NCBI RefSeq assembly: GCF_004010195.1
Contig: NC_057720.1
Span: 21,911,042 to 21,975,041, forward strand
Reading direction: 5' to 3'
Origin: Chiloscyllium plagiosum
Taxonomy: Eukaryota
DNA length: 64,000 bases
Shown here: positions 25,567-39,124 of the stretch, piece after piece
Layout: each line of letters opens with the position of its first letter
Numbering within the stretch: position 1 is the first letter of the stretch
Translations under genes and position numbers: made by a program
The notes under the pieces: model-generated
Databases searched by the model: none
Seen by the model: the letters and a program-made list of their open reading frames with translations, nothing else
Told to the model about the DNA's origin: nothing

Positions 25567-26886
25567 GTGTCTATTCAATCATTCACCAGGGTAATCAGGA
25601 GTAGCTGCTTTTATCTTCTGCTGTCACGTTAAATTTATGGGCACATCCAAGTGTGAATTGTGACCAGCACTGGACCACAAAATTATGTTACAAATGATTG
25701 TATCATCATAAATCCAGCACAAGGGATGCATTTAATATCTCCCCCAACATGGGGTGTGGTAGTGTTAGGCTTGATAAAATAGCATGTCAGAAACTTTTGA
25801 GGGCGATCCGTGAGAGTGAAAACCCAACTTCCATTCAGATATCTTTTTCTCCATGCTCAGTCTCCACAGCCTCCCAACATGTTTCCTCATTTTATTTTCA
25901 TTCTGTGCAGTAGTCTATTGATGGTCTCGTCACACACTGGGAAAGGCATGAGTTAACATACTCTAGCAACGGAAAGGATGAATTTTCACACTTCAAGCAG
26001 AATCAAGGGAGCTTACTGAAGTTTACAAATTTAATATAGTTTTCAAACGTGGAGTGAACTATTAGAGTATCTGCCATGTGTGTGAGTGCTGCAAAAGTGT
26101 TATTATGTAAACAAATTATTTTAGTAAGAATTTATGTCATATTTCTTATTCTAATCCTGTGGGTATTGCTTTGTTATCACGTTTGATATGATAGTCCACT
26201 GGAAATTTCAGATAGATGACCCAAATCCGTAATCTATAGATAAGTAGAACTCTATGATGAGATATTGCTGATGATCATTCAGTTGTAAAAACATCATTAC
26301 AACAATTCCTGCCTGTGACCATGAAAGAGCTGTCACTGGTGTGATATCTCATAGAAACCAAAATCCCTTCTCTCTCAGGTCTTTCTCATGTCGTGCAGGA
26401 AAATATTTCATTTATCAGGATCCATTTGAACAGCTGTAAATTCAATATTTATACATCGGTCTTAAGTGAAATAATTTCCATTATGGCCTCTGAGAGATTA
26501 AATTCCTAAAGTAATTCCTAACTCCATTTCAAAATCTGTCAATGAATGATCTCAGAATAGTTATAAAACAGCTAGTTATTAATTCTTACCAACAACTTTT
26601 ATATTTCACTGGAAAGACTGAAGGCCAAATAATCTTGTGGACAAGAGATCAAACTATGTCTTAGCTTTAAATTGTATGAACAGTGCCAATGTTAACTCTA
26701 CACAATTTTGCAAAGATAGTAATTTTCAAACTGTATGAACTGTTTGGTTATCATTAATATTTTAATATAAAATGCTTTTGAGGTGAAGCTCTGCATCAGC
26801 ATTCAAGTCTGTAAGAACACGTGTTTAAGGTTCCTTTGGCCATGAATGTGTTAACTCATTTAATGGGTTAACACCCTCCATAAAGA

Positions 26887-27852
26887 TTCTGGATTAATGG
26901 TGCTGGAAGAGCACAGCAGTTCAGGCAGCATCCGAGGAGCAGTAAAATTGACGTTTCGGGCAAAAGCCCTTCATCAGGAATACAGGCAGACAGCCTGAAG
27001 GATGAAGAGATAAGTGAGAGGTGGGTGGGGTTGGGGAGAAAGTAGCATAGAGTACAATAGGTGAGTGGGGGANNNNNNNNNNNNNNNNNNNNNNNNNNNN
27101 NNNNNNNNNNNNNNNNNNNNNNNNNNNNNNNNNNNNNNNNNNNNNNNNNNNNNNNNNNNNNNNNNNNNNNNNNNNNNNNNNNNNNNNNNNNNNNNNNNNN
27201 NNNNNNNNNNNNNNNNNNNNNNNNNNNNNNNNNNNNNNNNNNNNNNNNNNNNNNNNNNNNNNNNNNNNNNNNNNNNNNNNNNNNNNNNNNNNNNNNNNNN
27301 NNNNNNNNNNNNNNNNNNNNNNNNNNNNNNNNNNNNNNNNNNNNNNNNNNNNNNNNNNNNNNNNNNNNNNNNNNNNNNNNNNNNNNNNNNNNNNNNNNNN
27401 NNNNNNNNNNNNNNNNNNNNNNNNNNNNNNNNNNNNNNNNNNNNNNNNNNNNNNNNNNNNNNNNNNNNNNNNNNNNNNNNNNNNNNNNNNNNNNNNNNNN
27501 NNNNNNNNNNNNNNNNNNNGAACTGGGGTGAGGTGGGGGAAGGGGAAATGAGGAAACTGTTGAAGTCCACATTGATGCCCTGGGGTTGAAGTGTTCCGAG
27601 GCGGAAGATGAGGCGTTCTTCCTCCAGGTGTCTGGTGGTGAGGGAGCGGTGGCGAAGGAGGCCCAGGACCTCCATGTCCTCGGCAGAGTGGGAGGGAGAG
27701 TTGAAATGTTGGACCATAGGGCGGTGTGGTTGATTGGTGCGGGTGTCCCGGAGATGTTCCCTAAAGCGCTCTGCTAGGAGGCGTTCAGTCTCTCCAATGT
27801 AGAGGAGACCACATCGGGAGCAACGGATACAATAATGGATACAATTATGGAT
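26887..27852 (-). mobile_element. 5'-truncated Penelope-like element: GIY-YIG endonuclease plus pseudo-LTR, spanning N-gap 27073-27519
   Basis: YCIRCSRCGLLYIGETERLLAERFREHLRD...HFNSPSH...EERLIFRLGTLQPQGIN. Perfect 14-bp TSD accctccataaaga at 26873-26886 and 27853-27866. Confidence 0.93.
26946..26981 (-). ncRNA. Minimal hammerhead motif in PLE pseudo-LTR
   Basis: Minus strand AUUC CUGAUGA A GGGC UUUU GCCC GAAAC GUC AAUU: intact core, same strand as the GIY-YIG ORF. Confidence 0.7.
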
Positions 27853-28654
27853 ACCCTCCATAAAGAACTAAACCCCATTTAGATCTTCATCAGATGTGCT
27901 CCATCATAAAGGAACATTGAAGCCATTGCAACCTGACTTAATACACAATAATTCTATTACAACAGCATGCTACAATTGTAATTTATTTGGAAGAGAAAGT
28001 GAGATGTTTTGTACAATTTTTTTTGGATGTTGGAATAGTTTATAGCAAGCACAATGTAATTTTAAAAACCCTGTTTTTCAGCAGAGATCACACAGGTGCT
28101 GTGCAAAGTATGAAGCTATTTTTACACCTATCTGCAATTACAAGTAATTATTACATTTTTCTCTATTAAGCATTTCCAATAACTTTGTTTGAAATCCACC
28201 TTTGTTTGAAGTGCTGAGTTTCAAGCAAATGATAATGTGAAGGAACATGTCATTTACAATGAAGGTTGACAAGCTGTCATACTTTAAATTTTTTTTTGCA
28301 TTACGATTCAGTAAAATGCAGCAAGCTTAGCAATGCATTTCATCTTAATGGAATTTTTAAAATTAAATCAAGCTTACAATGTTGCATTACAGTGTACCTT
28401 AAAAAAAGGATTTTGCACAGGGCGTTGTGGAAGCATGCCTTGGAGCGAATCAAAGCAAACACAAAGATTTTGTATTTACATAGCACCTTGTACGACCTCA
28501 GGATGTCCTAACATTCTCCACAGCCAATAATGTCCTTTTGGTAGTGTGATGTAGGAGAGTTTACAAAATGTACCCAGAAAGATTCCACAAGGAGCAATGA
28601 ACTAACACTTTGTTACTTGCACCAAAAGTGGCATAAGCTACGTTTGTGATGTTT

Positions 28655-29345
28655 TTGGGGAATTCAGTGATGGTCCTGCCATTCAATATAATAGGCAATA
28701 GTTAGATTCTCCTGTGTTGGAGATGGCCATTCCTTGGCACTTGTGTGACATGAATGTCATCTGCTATTTATCAGCCCAACTCTGGAGTTATCCAGGTCTT
28801 GCTGCTAATAGTCAAGGGCTGTTTCATTATCTTAAAACAGGAGGAGTCGGTGTTGGACTGGGGTGGACAAAGCTTAAAATCACACAACACCAGGTTATAG
28901 TCCAACAGGTTTATTTGGAAGCATCAACTTTCAGAGCACTGTTCCTTCATCAACCACCTGGTGAAAGAGCAGTGCTCCAAAAGCTAGTACTTCCATGTAA
29001 ACCTTTTGGATTATAACCTGGTGTTGTGTGATCATTATCTTAGGTGTCATGAATACTGATGAATGTTATGTAGTCACCAATGAACATTCAAACCTCTGAC
29101 TTTATGAAGGTGAGAAGGTCACTGATGAAGCACTGAAGGTGGTTAGGCTGAGGATGCTACCCTGAGAAACTCCAGCAGAGATGTTGTCCTGTTAAGATGA
29201 TTGTCCTTCAACAACCATGACTGTCCTCTTTTGTGTCAAGAGTGTTGCTGGAGTTCACTCATCCACGCAAGTGGGGCATATTCCATCACACTCCTGAGTG
29301 TACCTTGTTGTTGGTTGACAGTTTTTCAGGATGCAAGAGGTCTGT
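28655..29345 (-). mobile_element. LINE family B fragment interrupted by a P2 element
   Basis: Homologous to 23480-23760 and 35500-35880. Confidence 0.7.
28835..29031. mobile_element. Fold-back element (family P2)
   Basis: atcacacaacaccaggttatagtcc...ggattataacctggtgttgtgtgat inverted arms. Perfect 11-bp TSD tcattatctta at 28824-28834 and 29032-29042. Confidence 0.82.
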
Positions 29346-29589
29346 TAGTGCCTTTAGGATTTCACTGATGTCCAAATGTTTATTTGTTTATACTATCAAT
29401 TTATTGCTTTGCTGTGCCAAATCTTACCTTTACAACATTTGCACACTAGCCTCCCAGGTGAGAAAAACTTTAAAATATGCCTCCCTCGCAGAATGGTTGA
29501 ACACCCTGCTGTAAAATGAGTACCATTAAAACATATTGTATGAAAGTTGGTACAAGCGATGTCCAGCTGAGATCTAGTGAACATTCAGA

Positions 29590-30755
29590 GCTCTAATAGA
29601 ACCAGCTACTGGAAAAGAAAATGCAAAGGTGAGTTAAAAATGCAGTCTGCAACTTTGAATTGCTGGGTGAGCCAGAATGGCTGTGGTTTTCCATTCTATA
29701 CTATTGTGGAAATGTTAGGAGGCATGAGGCAGAATTTGTTCTAGTCTTAGTGGAAAACTTTGAAATTGTTAAATTTGAAAGATTGAGCAAATAAAGTGGC
29801 AGCCGATACTGAGGAGCAGAGAACCCAATATTCTGAAGATTTTAAAGCCACAAAAAATGTGACTTATGAATGATATGTTTTTAATATCTGAATTTGAAGA
29901 AGGGGAAAACTATTGATCAATATGGATCAATATATTGTTCATCCCTGAAACTTCTAGCTGAATCCTATGAGTTTGCACAACTGAAAGATGATATTATCAG
30001 AGATAAGACTGTCTTAGGCATAAGAGATTCTGCTATGAGAGCACATCAGAGAGAGGAGAAACTTAACCTTAGGAAATTTATTGAATGTACATCAAGGTTG
30101 TCAATTATCAGCTAAAGCGTATTAATCAAAAAACAGTCAAGGCCGCTTGCGGTGAGATTCATTCCAGGCCAAAGAGGAACAACATAATGGAAAGTCTGAA
30201 GGAATATTCGCAGAGGAACCAGCACCAAGACAAAGATGAGGGACAAGTTGTAAATATTGCAGAGGTCACCATATAAAAGAAAAAGAAGCCTATCTAATGT
30301 GGGGAAAACATTTTTGTAACTGCAGAAGCTGAATCACTTTGCACCTAGGTGATCAGTTAGAAAGAAGCAAAACAAGTCTAGAGAAATGTTAGCCTCTGAT
30401 TCTGATAAATCATTCACACCATACATCAGGTGATGAAGGAGCAATGCTTCAAAAGCTTCTGATTTCAAATCAACGTGTTGGACAATAATCTGGTGTCATG
30501 TGACCTCTTACCTTGTCTACTCCAGTCCAACACTGGCACCTCCACATCATGTAAAGTCTTAGGGAACCACCAGTGCTTTGTGCAACATCATTAACTTTGC
30601 AGATCTGTGTGAAGTGGCTCAAGATAGCCACCCAAAAGTGAAGCCCTTGAAGGCAACATTGAGGATATATGATGGGATGATACTTATCCCAAGAGGATAA
30701 ATGAAGCTGAGAGCCAATGCTATACTAAAACTGAAGATCTGGAGTTTTAGATAGG
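29590..30755 (+). mobile_element. Degraded Gypsy-type LTR retrotransposon internal remnant (gag, zinc knuckles, protease region)
   Basis: KNVTYE*YVFN; TIDQY..LKLLAESYEFAQLKDDIIRDKTVLGIRD; CKYCRGHH...WGK..CNC..LNHFA; ATLRIYDG..LIPRG; many stops and frameshifts. Confidence 0.75.
30424..30551 (+). mobile_element. P2 half element inserted in the Gypsy remnant
   Basis: tgatgaaggagcaatgcttcaaaagc...ccagtccaacactggcacctccacatcat is the reverse complement of the P2 5' arm. Confidence 0.65.
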
Positions 30756-30759
30756 AGAT

Positions 30760-31090
30760 GGGGAGGCAGTGGTAATATCACTGAATGAGTAATAAAGAAC
30801 TCCAAGTTAATGTTCTGGGAACAGGGTTCAAAGTTCAATAAGGCAGATGGTGAAATTTGAATTCAATAAAACCAGTCTTGAATTAAAATGCTGTCTTATG
30901 TAAATGCCATTTAACAACTGGCTTAATGGCAACCATGTAACTTGCAAAAAAACATCTGGTTCATCTCTGTGGTTTAGGGAAGGAAATATGCCATCCTTTA
31001 TCTGCTTTGGCCTACATGTGACCCCAGACCGACAACAACTTTGCTGACTCTTAACTGTCCTCTGGGCAATTAGGAGTAGGCAGTGAATGC
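30760..31090 (+). mobile_element. Second SINE-like family (non-HE1) with a family B LINE-like 3' tail
   Basis: Degenerate tRNA-like head (gcagtggtaa; gggttcaaa); tail gggcaattaggagtaggcagtgaatgc resembles the reverse complement of 34225-34250. Confidence 0.5.
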
Positions 31091-31205
31091 ATCAGAGTCA
31101 GCGGACTTGAAATGTTAATACTGCTTTCTCGCCACAGATGCTGCCAGACCTGCTGAGTTTCTCCAGCAATTTTTGTTCTTGTTTCAAATCTAGGCTAACT
31201 GTGAA

Positions 31206-33985
31206 ATAGAGTCATAGAGTCATAGAGATGTACAGCATGGAAACAGACCCTTTGGTCCAACCCATCCATGCCGACCAGATATCCCAACCCAATCTAGTCC
31301 CACCTGCCACGCCTGGCCCATATCCATCCAAACCCTTCCTATTCATATACTCATCCAAATGCCTCTTAAATGTTGCAATTGTACCAGCCTCCACCACATC
31401 CTCTGGCAGCTCATTCCATACATGTACCACCCTCTGCATGAAAATGTTGCTCCTTAGATCGCTTTTATATCTTTCCCCTCTCACCATAAACCTATGCCCT
31501 CTAGTTCTGGACTGCCCGACCCCAGGGAAAAGACTTTGCCTATTTATCCTATCCAGGCCTCCGACGCTCCAGGGAAAACAGCCCCAGCCTGTTCAGCCTC
31601 TCCCTGTAGCTCAGATTCTCCAACCCTGGCAACATCCTTGTAAATCTTTTCTGAACCCTTTCAAGTTTCACAACATCTGTCTGATAGGAAGGAGACCAGA
31701 ATTGCATGCAATATTCCAACAGTGGCCTAACCAATGTCCTGTACAGCCGCAACATGACCTCCCTACTCCTGTACTCAATACTCTGACCAATAAAGCAAAG
31801 CATACNNNNNNNNNNNNNNNNNNNNNNNNNNNNNNNNNNNNNNNNNNNNNNNNNNNNNNNNNNNNNNNNNNNNNNNNNNNNNNNNNNNNNNNNNNNNNNN
31901 NNNNNNNNNNNNNNNNNNNNNNNNNNNNNNNNNNNNNNNNNNNNNNNNNNNNNNNNNNNNNNNNNNNNNNNNNNNNNNNNNNNNNNNNNNNNNNNNNNNN
32001 NNNNNNNNNNNNNNNNNNNNNNNNNNNNNNNNNNNNNNNNNNNNNNNNNNNNNNNNNNNNNNNNNNNNNNNNNNNNNNNNNNNNNNNNNNNNNNNNNNNN
32101 NNNNNNNNNNNNNNNNNNNNNNNNNNNNNNNNNNNNNNNNNNNNNNNNNNNNNNNNNNNNNNNNNNNNNNNNNNNNNNNNNNNNNNNNNNNNNNNNNNNN
32201 NNNNNNNNNNNNNNNNNNNNNNNNNNNNNNNNNNNNNNNNNNNNNNNNNNNNNNNNNNNNNNNNNNNNNNNNNNNNNNNNNNNNNNNNNNNNNNNNNNNN
32301 NNNNNNNNNNNNNNNNNNNNNNNNNNNNNNNNNNNNNNNNNNNNNNNNNNNNNNNNNNNNNNNNNNNNNNNNNNNNNNNNNNNNNNNNNNNNNNNNNNNN
32401 NNNNNNNNNNNNNNNNNNNNNNNNNNNNNNNNNNNNNNNNNNNNNNNNNNNNNNNNNNNNNNNNNNNNNNNNNNNNNNNNNNNNNNNNNNNNNNNNNNNN
32501 NNNNNNNNNNNNNNNNNNNNNNNNNNNNNNNNNNNNNNNNNNNNNNNNNNNNNNNNNNNNNNNNNNNNNNNNNNNNNNNNNNNNNNNNNNNNNNNNNNNN
32601 NNNNNNNNNNNNNNNNNNNNNNNNNNNNNNNNNNCCAAAGCTATCTCATGTCCCCTTTTTGCCCTCCTGATTTCCCTCTTAAGTATACTCCTATTTTCTT
32701 TATACTCTTCTAAGGATTCACTTGATCTATCCTGTCTGTACCTGACATATCCTTCCTTCTTTTTCTTAACCAAACCCTCAGTTTCTTTAGTCATCCAGCA
32801 TACGCTATACCTACCAGCCTTCCCTTTCACCCTGACAGGAATATACTTTCTCTGGATTCTTGTTATCTCATTTCTGAAGGCTTCCCATTTTCCAGCTTTC
32901 CCTTTACCTGCGAAAATCTGCCTCCAATCAGCTTTCGAAAGTTCTTGCCTAATACCGTCAAAATTGGCCTTTCTCCAATTTAGAACTTCAACTTTTAGAT
33001 CTGGTCTATCCTTTTCCATCACTAATTTAAAACAAATAGAATTATGGTCACTGGCCCCAAAGTTCTCTCCCCACTGACACCTTATTTCCTAAGAGTAGGT
33101 CAAGTTTTGCACCTTCTCTAGTAGGTACAGCCACATACTGAATCAGAAAATTGTTTTGTTTACACTTAAGAAATTCCTCTCCATCTAAACCTTTAACACT
33201 ATGGCAGTCCCAGTCGATGTTTGGAAAGTTAAAATCCCCTACCATAACTACCCTATTATTCTTACAGATAGCTGAGATCTCCTTATAAGTTTGTTTCTCA
33301 ATTTCCCTCTGACTATTGGGAGGTCTATAATACAATCCCAATAAGGTGATCATTCCTTTCTTATTTCTCAGTTCCACCCAAATAACTTTCCTGGATGTAT
33401 TTCCAGGATTATCCTCCCTTAGCACAGCTGTAGTGCTATCCCTTATCAAAAATGCCACTCCCCCTCCTCTCTTGCCTTCCTTTCTATCCTTCCTGTAGCA
33501 TTTGTATCTGGGAACATTCAGCTGCCAGTCCTGCCCATCCCTGAGCCATGTTTCCGTAATTGCTAAGATATCTCAGTCCCATGTTCCTAACCATGCCCTG
33601 AGTTCATCTGCCTTCCCTGTTAGGCTCCTTGCATTGAAATAAATGCAGTTTAATTTATTAGGCCTACCTTGTCCCTGCCTGCCCTGACTGTTTGACTCAC
33701 TTCTGTTCTCAGCTGTACCCATCCCAGATCGATCTCTTTCCTCATTATCTCCCTGGGTCCCAACCTCCCACCTTACTAGTTTAAATCCTCCCAAGCAGTT
33801 CTAGTAAATTTCCCTGCCAGTATATTAGTCCCCTTCCAATTTAGGTGCAATCAGTCCTTTTTGTACAGGTCACTTCTACCCCAAAAGAGATTCCAATGAT
33901 CCAAAAATGTGAATCCTTCTCCCATACACCAGCTCCTCAGCCATGTATTCATCTGCTCTAATGTCCTATTCCTGCCCTCACTAAC
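31206..33985 (-). mobile_element. Long CR1-type LINE (family A): ORF1 esterase-like end, endonuclease, 3' end; spans N-gap 31806-32634
   Basis: WLRSWCMGEGFTFLDHWNLFWGRSDLYKKD; CIYFNARSL; MVGDFNFPNIDW; LNWRKANFDG; PLLEYCMQFWSP; tatgactc tail. Confidence 0.93.
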
Positions 33986-34179
33986 TTGTAACACTGGGAA
34001 TAGAGCTTGCTGGATGAAAACAAAGCTGAACATGAAAGTACACAGTTTGCAACACCTGAAGTCAAGTATACAGTCGTGTACTGACAACAAAAAGAACTTC
34101 CCCTGAATCCTGACAAGATGAGAACTGTAATAGAAATGTAGTGATCCATAGAGGTAAAAGCAGCGCAAAGATTTGTAGC

Positions 34180-36000
34180 AATTTATTTATTCGTTTGTGG
34201 AATGTGATTGTTGCTGGCTGGCCAGTATTTATTGCCCATCTCTAGTTGCCCCTTGAGAAGGTGGTGTTGAGTTGCCTTCTTGAACTGCTGCAGTCCACGC
34301 TGTCTACTTTTGAGTATATAAAATGGTTGTTAGAAAAGAAACAAAGGTTTTGTCTTTTATTATAGATCAGTCTCACAAATTGTCAGCATTCTGCACAATT
34401 TAAACTACTCTACTTTTGAGTATATAAAATGGTTGTTAGAAAAGAAACAAAGGTTTTGTCTTTTATTATAGATCAGTCTCACAAATTGTCAGCATTCTGC
34501 ACAATTTAAACTACTCTACTTTTGAGTATATAAAATGGTTGTTAGAAAAGAAACAAAGGTTTTGTCTTTTATTATAGATCAGTCTCACAAATTGTCAGCA
34601 TTCTGCACAATTTAAACTACTCTACTTTTGAGTATATAAAATGGTTGTTAGAAAAGAAACAAAGGTTTTGTCTTTTATTATAGATCAGTCTCACAAATTG
34701 TCAGCATTCTGCACAATTTAAACTACTCTACTTTTGAGTATATAAAATGGTTGTTAGAAAAGAAACAAAGGTGAGCCTGCTCGCTTTCACTATAGCTCAC
34801 AAATTGTCAGCATTCTGCACAATTTAAACTACTCTACTTTTGAGTATATAAAATGGTTGTTTGAAAAGAAACAAAGGTTTTGTCTTTTATTATAGATCAG
34901 TCTGTGGTCCAGGCACATCTTAAAGTTTAAACCGAAATTACCTCTTACAACGCTGTGGGTTGACCCACAATGCCATTGGGAAGGGAATTCCAGGATTTTG
35001 ATACAGCGACAGTGAAAGAGTGGTGATATATTTCCAAGTCAGAATGGTTAGTGGCTTGGAGGGGAATTGAAGGTGATGGTGTTCCCATGTATCTGCTACA
35101 CTTGTCTTTTTAGATGGATGTGGTCGTGGGTTTGGTCATGCTGTCTGGGGATCTTTGGTGAATTTCTGCAGTGCATCTTGTAGATAGTACACGCTGCTGC
35201 TATGAGTGTCAGTGGTGGAAGGAGTGGATGCTTGTGGATGTAATGCCAATCAAGTGGGCTGCTTTGTCCTGGATGATGTCAAGATTCTTGAGCATTGTTG
35301 GGATTGCACCGATCCAGGCAAGTGAGAGTATTCCATCACATTCCTGACTTGTGCCTTGCAGATGGTGGACAGCTCTGAGGAGTCAGGACGTGAGTTACTC
35401 TCTGCAGTATTCTTCACCTGTCACATGGTCTTGTAGCCACTGTGTTTATGTGCTGAGTGCGGTTGAGTTTCAGATCAATGGTAACCCCCCAAGATGTTGG
35501 CAGTGGAAGATTCAGTGATAGTAACACAGTTGATTGTCAAGGGGTGGTGGTTAGCTTGTCTCTTATTGGTGATGGTCATTGCCTGGCAATTGTGTGGCAA
35601 GAATATTATTTGCCATTTGTCACCCCAAGCCTGGATATTGTCCAGGTCTTTATTTCATTTCAACATGGACTGCTTTGATATCTGAGGAATCACAAATGGT
35701 GCTACACATTGTGCAATCATCGGCCAACATCCCCACTTCTGACCTTGTGGATGGAGGGAAGATCACTGATGAGCAGCTGAAGATGGTTGGGTCTAGGACA
35801 CTACCCTGAGGAACTCCTGCAGAGATGTTCCAGTGCTGAGATGACTGACCTCCAGCAGCCATGCCCATCTTTCTGTGTGTCAGGTTAGACTCCAACCACC
35901 AGACAGTTTGCCTAATAATACCCATTGATTCCAGTTTTGCTCGGGATCCTTGATGCCACACTCAGTCAAATGCAACATTGATGTCAAGGGCTGTCACTCT
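34180..36000 (-). mobile_element. LINE family B, interrupted at 34301-34949
   Basis: [24 protein letters not shown]; 3' end near 34185. Confidence 0.85.
34303..34903. repeat. Tandem array, 106-bp unit, about 5.7 copies
   Basis: Units start at 34303, 34409, 34515, 34621, 34727 and 34833; near-identical except a substituted block in unit 5. Confidence 0.95.
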
Positions 36001-37055
36001 TGCCCCACTATGAAGTACCTAGTGAGGTTCTGTCTTAATTTAGAAGAATGTGAATTTCCATCCAGAGTGTGAATATCTATTAAGCACGCTCTTAAGGATG
36101 TGCAGCAGTATTGGGACACTAAAAAATAGCTTTCACTTAAATCAGATCACCGTACTCTGAATCAACATACCAATTCACCAGGGGCAATGAATCTGAAAAA
36201 CAAGCACTATTCAAATGCCTACCACAGAAACAACACTATCGGACTGACTAGTTTTCATTTACCAATGATAGTTTTCTTTGTACCATACATATTGGGTAAT
36301 TTGTTACTTCAGATGACAGTGCATGCTTTTTATTCTTGAAAAGGGAGCTGCTTGGAGGAATGCATTTGCATTTGCATACTGGCTGGCATGCTATAGTCAT
36401 GTAACGTTTGCCTCTGTTGTAACTTGCTTTCACTTTAGAATCATTAGCCATTAACACAGAGAACATGAATCAATCCTCAGCCATTATCCTTTCCCCTACT
36501 TCCTTCAATAATCACACACACACAGTTCTGGCTGTCAATCTATTGGTACCCCAGACATCTTTTTCCCCTTATAACCTAGGGCAATGATGCCAAACCTTTT
36601 GTCCTAATGCTGCACTGATTGAAAGCAGCTAACTCTGATCAAAGGTCAAACTTGAGACCTGTCGCTTTTGTATTGCTTTATTGTTCATGCCTTAACCTGC
36701 TGAGCCAATGCTGTTGTCTTATCCTCCTCACTAATGAGCACAGGTCTGTGTGATCTGCAAACACTCCAACCAGTTTTTCCTTAAATTATTACTAATTGCT
36801 TCATGGCAGCAGGAAATTGCTTTTTCAGACTGATGTTGTTGATGTGTCACAGAGACAAGATAAAAATCAGAAAGCAACATTTCCAAACAAAATATTGTGA
36901 AGGTCTCATGTCAATGTTACTTTCTTTAAAACATCAAATTAGCATCTATGAAATCCTTCCCCCCCAAAAAATCAATATCAGCATTTTAAAATAGCAGGCT
37001 ACCAAGAATCAGCACAAGTGACCAATAGTTTAATCTGCCACCAATGAATGATATG

Positions 37056-37680
37056 TGTGATGATACTGCAGCTTTAAGAGGTGTATTTTATCCTTTTTTT
37101 TAATATGAAGAACAATTGAGATAGAGCAGCTGAGTGGGCTGCTCAAGGCCAATCAAGTAAATAGCTTGTGAGGCCTTGGGTTAATTTTTTAAAGTTGGAA
37201 CAATAGTTGCAACCTCAATGGGTGGGGCCAAACTCCCAAAGAAACAGGATTTTTAATTTCAGCTCTGTGCAGTTGCTGGGGCCTTGAAGCTGGATGTGGA
37301 AGCTCTTATTCCTCTCCCCATCACAGCTAAAAGCTGGGGTTCTCTTCCTGCTGCTAGACTTGCATGTGAGGCAATCTATTTTGCTGAATCTGTTTTTCCC
37401 ATGCTTGTGTTTGTGGGATGGTATTATATTGGAACAGTTAATTGGTAGTAGTTAGTATATTTTGTTAAGCATTTCAATAGAGTTACAGTTAAGCCAACTT
37501 TTTTTTATTTTGTCTGAATGTTAGCTGTAGTAATTAAGTGTGGTTTGTTTAAAGTCAAATAGTTTAACCAATCAAATTGCATCTGGAATGCAACACTTTA
37601 CACTTCTCTTTAAAACAAAGTTAGAGTCTAGACTATCTTCTTAATATATTTGGAGGGTGGGATTGGTTTGGTCCATAACA
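37056..37680 (+). mobile_element. Solo LTR
   Basis: TGTGATG...CATAACA termini; 4-bp TSD TATG on both sides. Strand is relative to the other copies. Confidence 0.8.
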
Positions 37681-39124
37681 TATGCTGCTAACATATCTCT
37701 ATCTGGACTACAGAGAATTTAAAGGGGAAAATAACCTGGATTACTTGCACTTATGAATGAGTAGAAATGAAGAGAGTCAAGTTGGACAATGCCTTGTTTC
37801 TTTTTTCATTTGGTGTTTGTGATCCTTGGGCCTTCTAAAATGTTATTGCTCATACGCTGAAAGCCAATTTGTTTTTATGCTTCAAATGTTCAAAAGACAT
37901 GTTGTTCAAGTTTCTTTTCTCTGCAGTGCTATTTGTCTAGGCAGGCCAGCTGTCTCCATGTTTGCGAAACGGGCTGCATGAAAGCAACCTAATTATTTCT
38001 GGGGATGTAACAAGCCCTGTACATTCATAAGTGTGGCTGTACCTAGATGTGATTGATGTGCAGCAGCAGACTAATGAACAGGTCAGTTTAGAGCTAAATA
38101 TGCTGCTGTGCTAATGTCAAAGTGTAAATGAAATCTTGAAAGCTGTGATGTAGGCTTGTGCATGTGTAAATAACATATTAATTATTGACAGCTGTGGGAA
38201 TAGTAATCCCCATTTCCTTATCGGCTCGTCACATCTTTATATCCTCAAAGAAAAAATACTGTCTAATTTTGAGCAGTTTGTGAAGCAATTATCTGTTTGC
38301 AGGTTGAATGCCTTTTCTATTCATTTAAAGAAAATGTTCAGACTCTGGATTATCTTGTATTTATGCGCAAATTACTGCCATTGCCAAATACCTGAAGAAC
38401 TCTTTTGTTATAATCTCATTTAAATGACATTTGTGAATGCAAAGAAAGAAAAAAAGCGACTAGCTGTGGCCAGATAAAGATAACAGAATTAAGCTGTTAC
38501 AACGAACAGAGTCACTAATTCAGAAAGATTTCATAATTTTCATTAACACATGAAAGAGAAGAAAAATGAAAGTGTTTAGAATGCGTTAGACACTTCTATT
38601 CCTATTAATGCTCCATTTGGAACCTTATGGAACATGATGGATGACGACCAACATTGCAAAAAGACTTGAGAGTGCTCATTTGAGACTAATGTTTCAAAAT
38701 TCTATTCACCTATAAAAATTGTTTTGAGTCAGTAATAATGTAACTGTGAATGTGAGCCTTGAAATAATATTTTAAATCCACGAAAATGAGCAATTTGCTT
38801 TCCATTCCAAATTTCTAATACCTGAACATCTCCATCAACTACTAGATGTGTTCATGGATTTACAATTAAACTGCACAAAAGCTTTGTTCTGCAAAATTCA
38901 TTCTTGCAATTATTGTTTCTCTTTAGTGGCACCTTGTGAAGTGTCTTGGAACATTACATGCATTAATGGAAATATAATATTATGCCATACATTACAATTT
39001 ACATTTTTAATCTCACTTAAATAGTGCTAGTTATTATTGCCCCTATTGTTATTTGCTTATTTTCTTTGGATATGACGATTGCCACAGTTAACCTTTCTCC
39101 AGCCTCTGGTGCAACCTGATGTTA

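Noticed and set aside
31228..33022. 480-aa and 415-aa ORFs, and similar ORFs at 8749, 26868 and 51886
   Set aside because: Their length is inflated by N-gaps; the real residues are LINE or PLE sequence or its antisense.
34303..34903. CRISPR-like array
   Set aside because: Whole units are identical with no unique spacers, no cas genes, and the context is vertebrate.
37915..38096. Exon-like segment bounded by an acceptor and CAG|GTCAGT
   Set aside because: Stops in all three plus frames; kept only as a possible non-coding element.
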